A DNA stretch of 39,739 bases from a virus (lineage: Duplodnaviria; Caudoviricetes): the IMG/VR virus record IMGVR_UViG_3300033481_000004, positions 1-39,739 of that record; one strand, given 5' to 3'. Both the position numbers and the translations under genes were made by a program. Below are positions 17,163 to 24,086 of this stretch, piece after piece (positions within the stretch are counted from its first letter, which is position 1; the number at the start of each line of letters is the position of its first letter). The notes beneath the pieces were generated by a model. It was not told the origin of the DNA. It did not search any database and was given only the letters and a program-made list of their open reading frames with translations.

Positions 17163-17594
17163 ATGAAAAAAATATTATTAGGAGGCAGTCCATGTACTTA
17201 TTGGAGCGTTGCCCAACATAACGGAAGAGAAACAGAACCTTCAGGCTTGGGGTGGGAATTGTTTTTGAATTATTGCATTGCCAAGCAAAGATTCAAGCCA
17301 GATTTCTTCCTGTATGAAAACAACGAAAGCGCAGCAGAAGCAATAAAGCAGGAGATAAGCAAAGAATTGGGTGTCGAGTTAATGCACATAAATAGCGCAT
17401 TGGTATCTGCCTAGGTAAGAAAAAGAATATACGCTATGAACTGGGAGTGCGAACAACCAATTGACAGGGAAATATACTTGAAAGATATTTTGGAAACGGA
17501 AGCACTTTGGCAGACAACCGAGAGTAGCAAAAAATCCCTAAGGGTAGGGCAGTTGGATAAGGGTAGCCAGGGAGATAGGGTTTATTCTATTTAA
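17163..17594 (+). pseudogene. DNA cytosine-5 methyltransferase pseudogene
   Basis: Motif IV GGSPC, VI YEN, VIII SA*VRKR with in-frame TAG at 17412-17414 replacing the conserved Gln; truncated at 17594. Confidence 0.85.
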
Positions 17595-17684
17595 ATTGCA
17601 GTCATGGACAGACGACAATGAACTTGAAGAATTAGACTCAGACATGGGCTGTCTAGCAATTCATGTTAATAAGGAGGAATCAAA

Positions 17685-17888
17685 TTGAAAAAGAAATTGT
17701 ATGAAGCAGGAACCGAAGTTATAAAAGTTATCGGAATATATGTTAACTTAATGGTTTTATTGTATGCGGTAGGAACTGGATTGGCACAGCCAGAACTTGG
17801 AACAGGGTTGCTGGTAGTTGCCACATTCTTGAATATCATGTTCAACATTGCAAGAAAGGGGCGTGGGCCATGGAAGAAAAGACAGTGA
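17685..17888 (+). CDS. Small two-TM membrane protein
   Basis: AAGGAGG RBS, TTG start, two hydrophobic stretches. Confidence 0.7.
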   Translation: MKKKLYEAGTEVIKVIGIYVNLMVLLYAVGTGLAQPELGTGLLVVATFLNIMFNIARKGRGPWKKRQ

Positions 17889-18127
17889 GCCTTGCAGAAA
17901 TGAAGCTGCAGCACATAGTTGAGGAAAGTAATTTCAACCGGAATAAATTGGATACTACGGAAACGAAGCTGGATCTGGTCATGAGCATAATCGACAACCA
18001 CATACAGACCCTTGATGATACATTCATAAAGACGCACGATGCCGAGACGAAGAAAATCACCTACCGCGTTGTGCAGGCTATGACGAACCTGAGAAAAGAC
18101 ATTGAAGCCAAGATAAGGGAGGAATGA
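17870..18127 (+). CDS. Hypothetical phage protein
   Basis: Packed ORF with RBS. Confidence 0.65.
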   Translation: MEEKTVSLAEMKLQHIVEESNFNRNKLDTTETKLDLVMSIIDNHIQTLDDTFIKTHDAETKKITYRVVQAMTNLRKDIEAKIREE

Positions 18128-18507
18128 ACGTAATGTGCAGGCATGAATATAAATTATACAATGTTTCTGAATATTACCCATTGGCAATGACAATATTTGC
18201 ACATTCAAAATATGATTTTGTATGTAAGCATTGTGGAAAAGAAAAAAGCATTAAGTCATTGGACCTTCAAGATGAATTAATGAAAGAAAAAGCGCGCCAG
18301 GCAAAAATAAAAGCAATGGATCCAAACTATCAGCAATGCACACCAGAAAAGCTAACAATAAAAATAAAGCCATCATCAATGGCAAAAGAATTTAGCGGTG
18401 GGTTTGTTAAGGCTGTAAAAGAAAAATATCTAAAAAAGGGAATTGATCTCAACGAAATAAACGAGAGAAATAGATACGGTCAGCACTTACTTGTAGAGGA
18501 GGATTAA
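18124..18507 (+). CDS. Hypothetical protein (CRHEY...CKHCG)
   Basis: Packed ORF, ATGA overlap. Confidence 0.7.
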   Translation: MNVMCRHEYKLYNVSEYYPLAMTIFAHSKYDFVCKHCGKEKSIKSLDLQDELMKEKARQAKIKAMDPNYQQCTPEKLTIKIKPSSMAKEFSGGFVKAVKEKYLKKGIDLNEINERNRYGQHLLVEED

Positions 18508-18509
18508 GT

Positions 18510-18788
18510 ATGTCAAAACCGACAATTTACATGGTATACGATAGCGAAAAAGGCGATGAAAGAATCGGCAGTTACAACTCGGAAGATGCGAGTAAGCTAC
18601 TGGGGATTAAACCGGATCACGTATCAACTTATGCAAGCTCTGGTAACAGATATAAAAGCAGATACTTATTTATCCCGGAACAGCATAAGCCAATGAGAAA
18701 CGGGATTGATGATGAAATGCTTCGTGACTGGGACTTTACCACAGAAGCTTTAAAGGCTATGGCAGGAGGTGGAAAGCGTGGTAGCTGA
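18510..18788 (+). CDS. Hypothetical small DNA-binding-like protein
   Basis: GAGGAGG RBS; EDASKLLGIKPDHVSTYA HTH-like segment. Confidence 0.6.
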   Translation: MSKPTIYMVYDSEKGDERIGSYNSEDASKLLGIKPDHVSTYASSGNRYKSRYLFIPEQHKPMRNGIDDEMLRDWDFTTEALKAMAGGGKRGS

Positions 18789-19236
18789 TAAAAACACATT
18801 CAGACAATTTGTATCTATCTGCAAAGAGATTGACGATGAAGAAACCAGAGTAAGAAAGTTACAGGATCAGATAGACACCATGCGCCCGCTGGAAAGAGAA
18901 GTAACTGACATTGTTACCAGAGGAAAGAGAGGGAAAAAGCCACTCGGTATCTGCAAGATACGGGGAAGTGAGGACCATCAGGAACTAAATAAGAAACGGG
19001 CTGAGTTAAGGGAAAGAAAGGCAAGGAAAGAACTTTCCATAGCACAGAGAGAAAAAGGCATCATAGAAGCCGAGGAATTCATTTATAGCCTTGAAGAGAG
19101 CGAAACTAGACGTATACTACTATTCTACTGCATAGACGGCATACGGACGTGGAAAGGGGTCGCAGAGGCTATGGGAGAGGGATACACGGCTGATATGTGC
19201 AAGCAGGCGTTTTCAAGGTTTATGCGTGCAAATTAA
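18778..19236 (+). CDS. Late transcriptional activator (RinA/ArpU-like)
   Basis: Coiled coil then RRILLFYCIDGIRTWKGVAEAMG...SRF HTH; sits at end of the early region. Confidence 0.75.
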   Translation: MVADKNTFRQFVSICKEIDDEETRVRKLQDQIDTMRPLEREVTDIVTRGKRGKKPLGICKIRGSEDHQELNKKRAELRERKARKELSIAQREKGIIEAEEFIYSLEESETRRILLFYCIDGIRTWKGVAEAMGEGYTADMCKQAFSRFMRAN

Positions 19237-19247
19237 ATTAGAATTTA
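19234..19247 (+). repeat. TAAA-N6-TTTA boundary motif
   Basis: TAAA TTAGAA TTTA, begins at the stop codon. Confidence 0.65.
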
Positions 19248-19254
19248 AAGGAGA

Positions 19255-19530
19255 TTGGAGAATATGGAAAAGGAAGAAGCAAAGTTAATTGTTAAAGAGT
19301 TTTTATGTGACTCTGATAAACTTAATTATACAAAAACAGAACAAGAAAAAACACCATTGAGAAAAGCTTTTGACATGTCTTATCGGGCACTATGCGTTCA
19401 AACAGATGAAATATCATTCACTGAAAAAGAAGTTAATAAAATAATGAACGCCATAATAAGCAGTTGCGTAGACACGACAAATGGCATGCAAGATAGATTG
19501 TTAAATCTATTAGAGAGACATGTAAACTGA
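19255..19530 (+). CDS. Hypothetical protein flanked by two boundary motifs
   Basis: ORF with AAAGGAG/GGAG RBS; start may be ATG 19264. Confidence 0.7.
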   Translation: MENMEKEEAKLIVKEFLCDSDKLNYTKTEQEKTPLRKAFDMSYRALCVQTDEISFTEKEVNKIMNAIISSCVDTTNGMQDRLLNLLERHVN

Positions 19531-19536
19531 AATTTA
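19523..19536 (+). repeat. TAAA-N6-TTTA boundary motif
   Basis: TAAA CTGAAA TTTA, contains the TGA stop. Confidence 0.65.
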
Positions 19537-19553
19537 TTGCTGTCAAGCGAAAG

Positions 19554-19587
19554 TGTCACGTTTGTCACGCGGTCCCTATGCTATAAT
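19554..19587 (+). promoter_or_regulatory. Activator-dependent late promoter
   Basis: Direct repeat TGTCACG-TT-TGTCACG over a non-consensus -35; extended -10 TG-C-TATAAT (19582-19587). Confidence 0.7.
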
Positions 19588-19731
19588 TAAGATGGGAAAA
19601 GTGTAAAACCTCCCCGACACATATTTCCCCCATTTTCCTTCTCCCCGAGGAAACACATAAGCGGTCTAAAAGTTCCCCTTAATAGACCTTATCAAAATCA
19701 ATAAGGGCGTGCCGGTTCGAATCCGGCATAA

Positions 19732-19805
19732 CGGCGCATAGTTCAAATGGCAGAACAGCAGTATCGCCCCTGACTGTAATTCTGGTTCAAATCCAGATGT
19801 AGCCG
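19732..19805 (+). tRNA. tRNA-like element / pseudo-tRNA (no canonical anticodon loop)
   Basis: CGGCGCA acceptor strand, U8-A9, D stem GTTC/GAAC, stem GCAGT/ACTGT with 10-nt loop, T arm TCTGG-TTCAAAT-CCAGA. Confidence 0.55.
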
Positions 19806-19835
19806 CTCAGCCAGACTTCATATGACACCTCCTTA

Positions 19836-19876
19836 GAAAATGCCTGCCGTGGATACCATGGTGGGTGTTTTCTTTT
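19836..19876 (+). terminator. Intrinsic terminator
   Basis: 17-bp stem with five G-U pairs (folds fully only on + strand), U-rich 3' end. Confidence 0.7.
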
Positions 19877-19918
19877 CCTCCAATATGTTATATACTGGTA
19901 GAAAAGGAGGGAAACAAA

Positions 19919-20332
19919 GTGGAAGAAGCTAAGAGAAAGAAACCTTACGGGTTATGGGCGGGACTTATATTAGTCGGAGTAGTAATAGTTATCTGGATAA
20001 TATCAATGCTGTTGAAACCTAAAATAGACTATGATTCAATGGCAAAAGAGTTATTCAATTATGCTTATACGTTTGATAATGTAGACAAAATAGAAGCGGT
20101 TGATGATGATATATTTCACGTCACTGTAAAAAGTGATCCGTGGTATACCGCAAGCGAAAAAGATAAAATGATCTTTTGCAAGAAAATGAATGAAGGTATC
20201 ACATTGATCTGCCAGAAGTACAAAACAATCAGAGACATTGACCGGGCAGCTGTTTATTACTATGACGGTAAAGGGATAAAGGTGGCGGAACCCGGAAAAG
20301 GGGTAACGCTGGAAAGCAAAATATTGCATTAA
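19919..20332 (+). CDS. Moron: N-terminally anchored membrane protein
   Basis: AAGGAGG RBS before GTG 19919; one TM helix; terminators on both sides. Confidence 0.75.
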   Translation: MEEAKRKKPYGLWAGLILVGVVIVIWIISMLLKPKIDYDSMAKELFNYAYTFDNVDKIEAVDDDIFHVTVKSDPWYTASEKDKMIFCKKMNEGITLICQKYKTIRDIDRAAVYYYDGKGIKVAEPGKGVTLESKILH

Positions 20333-20336
20333 ACAC

Positions 20337-20367
20337 AAGCACTGAGGTGATTACCTTGGTGCTTTTT
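20337..20367 (+). terminator. Intrinsic terminator
   Basis: AAGCACTGAGG-TGATTA-CCTTGGTGCTT then T run. Confidence 0.75.
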
Positions 20368-20395
20368 ATATGTCAAAAATTAAGGAGGATAAGAA

Positions 20396-20935
20396 ATGGA
20401 AGTAACAGTATGTCAGTGTAGAAAATGTGGAAGATATCACGTATTTGAAAAAATTGGAACAAGAGACATTCATGTATGTGAATGCGGCGAAAGAATTGAA
20501 CGGTGGACACATAGAATGGAAAAGTGCGAAATAGAAAAAGAGCCAAATGAACCACTTGGGGCATGGAAAAGAAATGACACAGATACAGTTTGGCACGGTG
20601 ATAATAGCCCGGAATGGATACCGCCAAAGAAATTAACCAAAAAGGTCACAATAGATGTTGAAGCTGGAAAAGGATTTGACAAGCTATTGGGAGTTGCAAA
20701 AGAATTAAGCGAATCAATTGAAGACATTCCAGGGTTAGTTATGATTGACAACGATGGTAAAGTAAATGTGGTTCCAGTCATATCAATAGACTCTAAAATG
20801 ATAGTGTTCAGGACAATAACTCCTTACCGCAAATGCGACAGGGAAGAACTCGCAAAAGAATATACCGATAAACTTGGCATAAAGTGCGAGGTTATTGACG
20901 CTAGAACCGAACTGGTGGCGGTCATAGATGGCTAA
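20396..20935 (+). CDS. Hypothetical protein with N-terminal Zn ribbon
   Basis: AAGGAGG RBS; CRKCG...CECG. Confidence 0.7.
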   Translation: MEVTVCQCRKCGRYHVFEKIGTRDIHVCECGERIERWTHRMEKCEIEKEPNEPLGAWKRNDTDTVWHGDNSPEWIPPKKLTKKVTIDVEAGKGFDKLLGVAKELSESIEDIPGLVMIDNDGKVNVVPVISIDSKMIVFRTITPYRKCDREELAKEYTDKLGIKCEVIDARTELVAVIDG

Positions 20936-21263
20936 AGAATTCGCCAGATCATTCTATGATGGTATGCCATGGCGCAGATGCAGAAAAGCATACATAGCGG
21001 AGCGTATAGCGATTGATGGTGGACTGTGCGAGCAATGCCATGAGAGGCTTGGATACATGGTGCATCACAAGATACCGCTGACACCTGAGAATATAAATGA
21101 TCCGCTGATATCGTTAAGCCATGATAACCTTGAATTCGAATGCAAGGAATGCCATGACAGGGAAGAAGGACACTTCATAAAGCAGAGAGAGAACCGGAGC
21201 CGATGCACGTTTGATGCAGAAGGGAATCCGGTTCCTATTATTGAGAGGGAGGAAGCAGAATGA
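20928..21263 (+). CDS. Packaging-associated HNH endonuclease (HK97 gp74-like)
   Basis: FY...WRRCR...GLCEQC...VHHKIPL...NLEFECKECH; upstream of terminase. Confidence 0.9.
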   Translation: MAKEFARSFYDGMPWRRCRKAYIAERIAIDGGLCEQCHERLGYMVHHKIPLTPENINDPLISLSHDNLEFECKECHDREEGHFIKQRENRSRCTFDAEGNPVPIIEREEAE

Positions 21264-21406
21264 TATGGAAGCTTATTAAACGATTATGGTGCAAGCATAG
21301 CAAGACAAAGTACATACGCACTTACCTTGATGCTGAGAGACCAGGAGTAATGCGTACACACCACATACATGAGTGTAAGGAGTGCGGCAAGCGTATCTAT
21401 AATTGA
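21260..21406 (+). CDS. Small Cys/His protein, 48 aa (absent from ORF track)
   Basis: GGAGG RBS; MIWKLIKRLWCKH...CKECGK. Confidence 0.7.
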   Translation: MIWKLIKRLWCKHSKTKYIRTYLDAERPGVMRTHHIHECKECGKRIYN

Positions 21407-21422
21407 TTGGGAGGGCAGGAGA

Positions 21423-21614
21423 ATGCTTATACATGAAGTAATAAAGAAAGCTATAGATACAACCTTAACAATAAGACGACAGTCGTGGAGAGGGAGCGGA
21501 GTTGAATTCATGCTTACTGAACCAATCGCTCTACTCAAAAAGCATAGCGAACCAAAGTTCTGGAACCCAACACCAGATGATCTGATGGCTGATGATTGGG
21601 AGGTAATAGAATGA
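21423..21614 (+). CDS. DUF2829 / Tad2-like small protein
   Basis: IRRQSW and WNPTPDDLMADDWEV motifs; GGAGG RBS before ATG 21423. Confidence 0.7.
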   Translation: MLIHEVIKKAIDTTLTIRRQSWRGSGVEFMLTEPIALLKKHSEPKFWNPTPDDLMADDWEVIE

Positions 21615-21901
21615 ACAGCATAGCCAAAGCAACACAGGCCACGACAATGGTATTTGAAATGGTAGGAGCAAGCGGAGGGGAACTACATATAGTACTTGAT
21701 GATTGGAATGTGGAAGATGAAAACATCGTGTACTGTAAGCAAGAGATAGATAGACTTGCAGAATCAAAAGCAATTACTGACTCAGATCAAAAGATATATA
21801 TGGATTGTATTGATTGTCTTATGGGATTAAGCGAAGAAGAAAGAATCAGTGTTGTATCTAAAGCGTTTGATATACACGACAAGGACAATTCCGTTCACTA
21901 A
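21611..21901 (+). CDS. Hypothetical phage protein
   Basis: GGAGGT RBS; GGELHIVLDDWNV. Confidence 0.7.
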   Translation: MNSIAKATQATTMVFEMVGASGGELHIVLDDWNVEDENIVYCKQEIDRLAESKAITDSDQKIYMDCIDCLMGLSEEERISVVSKAFDIHDKDNSVH

Positions 21902-22076
21902 CTGCCATAAACGGCGGGTAAATAGAAACAAAGGCGGACGATTCCGTTCTGACGCAATGCCATAGGCCCCCCTTAAACGAAAGCGGGGGTTATTTTGATT
22001 TCACCGAGTCCCCACATCAAATTTTACGCGTGAAGTTTTACAGTACCCCCTCCCCAATGAAAGGAGATGATGAAAT

Positions 22077-22424
22077 TTGGATAAAGCTGCGAGGATTAGA
22101 AAAGAGGAAAACAAACTTAAAAAGATATTCAAGAATCTGGACGAAAATAAAAAGCAGTCAGTTGAGGGATTGATAAAACGGGCTGCTTTTATGCGTGTCA
22201 GTCTGGAAGACTTTGAGGAAGATCTTGACTGCAACGGATTTGTTGAAAAGTTTGCACAGAGCGACAAGCAAGAACCATACGAACGTAAACGTCCGGTTGC
22301 TGATCTGTATAATACTATGAATACCTCATACCAGAAAATCGTGAAACAGCTGACCGATCTCCTTCCGGAAGGAAAAGAGGAAGCCGATGAACTTCTCGAA
22401 TTCGTGGGCGGTGGTAAGCGTTGA
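22077..22424 (+). CDS. terS: Terminase small subunit
   Basis: Position and size; LIKRAAFM...ERKRPVADLY...KQL. Confidence 0.8.
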   Translation: MDKAARIRKEENKLKKIFKNLDENKKQSVEGLIKRAAFMRVSLEDFEEDLDCNGFVEKFAQSDKQEPYERKRPVADLYNTMNTSYQKIVKQLTDLLPEGKEEADELLEFVGGGKR

Positions 22425-24073
22425 CAGAGTTTGAGCAATATTTCACTCAGATAGCCGATGGAAGAATAAACGCCTGCGAAAAAATGAAGAGAATGTCTGA
22501 TCGCTTAATGGAACAGTTTTTAAATCCAGGTGAATTTCACTTTGATTATGATATAGCAAACAGACACACCACATTTATTGAAAAGTTCTGCAAACTGCCG
22601 ACCGGTAAACTCGGATCTCCGCTGCAGCTTGAATTATTTCAGAAAGCCAGACTGCAGGCCATATTCGGATTTGTTGATGATAATGACCTAAGACAATACA
22701 ATGAAGTCCTGATAATCGAAGGTAGAAAAAATGGTAAAACCACAGAGACCGCCGCCGTTGAATTAGATATGCTTGTTAATGACAAGGAAGGATCTCCACA
22801 GATTTACAACGTGGCGACCATGCTGGATCAGGCAAAGCTTGGATTTAATGCTGCAAACAAAATGCGGGTACAGTCGCCTTTGCTTAAAAAACACATCAGG
22901 AAAAGAGCTGCGGACTTGTATTGTGAGTTTAATATGGGGTTTATTAAGGCCCTTGCAAGCAACGCAAACAGCCTTGATGGTTTGGACACACATTGCGGCG
23001 TTATCGATGAATTGGCAGCAATTAAGAACAGAGATATATACGATCTGGTAAAGCAGTCAATGGGAGCCAGACAGCAACCGCTTCTTTTTTGCATTACAAC
23101 AAACGGATTTATAAGAGAGGGTATTTTTGACAGCCAGTATGAATACGCTTCAAAGATTATTTATGGAGAAAAAGAAAACAACCGCTTTTTACCATTTATT
23201 TATGAACTTGATAACATAGAAGAGTGGAATAAAGAAGAGTGCTGGGTAAAAGCAAACCCGGGGCTTGGAACTATAAAAAGTTTTGACTACCTGAGACAAA
23301 TGGTGCAAAAAGCTAAAGACGATGATTCATTTAAGCCTACTGTAATGGTCAAAGATTTTAACATGAAGCAAACGTCAGAGGCTGCATGGTTGAGATATGA
23401 GGATTTTGAAAATAAAGAAACATTTAATCACAAATTCAGGTATGCAATTGGCGGAATGGACGCTGCTGATTCAATAGATTTAAACGCAGCAAAAGCTTTG
23501 TGCATGAAGCGCAATGATGATCGCATTTACATAAAACAAATGTACTGGATTCCACAGGCAGTTCTTGATAGGCAAGAACTTGAAGGAGATAGAAAAGGAC
23601 GTGATAATGTTCCATATCAGCTGTGGAAAGATCAAGGTTATTTAAGAACTGTCGAAGGAAATAAAGTAAATAAACGGGTTATGCTTGATTGGTTTTGCGA
23701 TCTAAGAGATAAAGAAGACCTATTTATATTATATATTGGATATGATTCGTGGCATATAGATGATTCTCTTTTACAAGAATTTAAAAATGAATTTGGCGAA
23801 AAGTCAATGATACGAGTACCACAAGGTGTTATATCTTGCAGCCAGCCTATGAAGGATTTAAAAGCCGACTTGCAAGCAAAAAAGGTTGTTTATAACGATA
23901 ATCCAATAGACAAGTGGTGCTTTTTCAATTCAGTAGTCAAAACTGATGTAAATGGAAACATTCAGCTTGTAAAAACCACTGATTCAAGAAACCGTATTGA
24001 TGGCACGGCGGCTCTTATTGATGGTTATAAAATATTGCAAGATAAAATGCTTGAATATCAAAGCCTGATATAG
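22421..24073 (+). CDS. terL: Terminase large subunit
   Basis: GRKNGKT Walker A, IDELAA Walker B, WVKANPGLG, RIDGTAA nuclease motif. Confidence 0.96.
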   Translation: MTEFEQYFTQIADGRINACEKMKRMSDRLMEQFLNPGEFHFDYDIANRHTTFIEKFCKLPTGKLGSPLQLELFQKARLQAIFGFVDDNDLRQYNEVLIIEGRKNGKTTETAAVELDMLVNDKEGSPQIYNVATMLDQAKLGFNAANKMRVQSPLLKKHIRKRAADLYCEFNMGFIKALASNANSLDGLDTHCGVIDELAAIKNRDIYDLVKQSMGARQQPLLFCITTNGFIREGIFDSQYEYASKIIYGEKENNRFLPFIYELDNIEEWNKEECWVKANPGLGTIKSFDYLRQMVQKAKDDDSFKPTVMVKDFNMKQTSEAAWLRYEDFENKETFNHKFRYAIGGMDAADSIDLNAAKALCMKRNDDRIYIKQMYWIPQAVLDRQELEGDRKGRDNVPYQLWKDQGYLRTVEGNKVNKRVMLDWFCDLRDKEDLFILYIGYDSWHIDDSLLQEFKNEFGEKSMIRVPQGVISCSQPMKDLKADLQAKKVVYNDNPIDKWCFFNSVVKTDVNGNIQLVKTTDSRNRIDGTAALIDGYKILQDKMLEYQSLI

Positions 24074-24086
24074 AAAGGAGGTAAAA

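Larger units (their letters stand above)
19592..19876 (+). ncRNA. Structured late-leader RNA with CCCC-loop hairpins and tRNA-like modules
   Basis: No long ORF; promoter upstream, terminator downstream, serial hairpins. Confidence 0.6.

Noticed and set aside
17412-17414. Amber recoding or suppressor read-through of the MTase TAG
   Set aside because: No CUA-anticodon tRNA in the window, other genes end normally at TAG, and the gene is also truncated downstream
17592-17605. Additional boundary motif at the end of the MTase remnant (TAAA-TTGCAG-TCAT)
   Set aside because: Right arm does not match; better explained as a deletion junction
19807-19834. Minus-strand SD plus ATG (AAGGAGGTGTCATATG) suggesting a leftward gene
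   Set aside because: Frame closes after four codons (MKSG*); treated as an anti-SD tract on the + strand RNA
21902-22076. cos site upstream of terS
   Set aside because: Plausible from HNH/HK97-type context and GC-rich tracts, but no exact cut site can be supported from sequence alone
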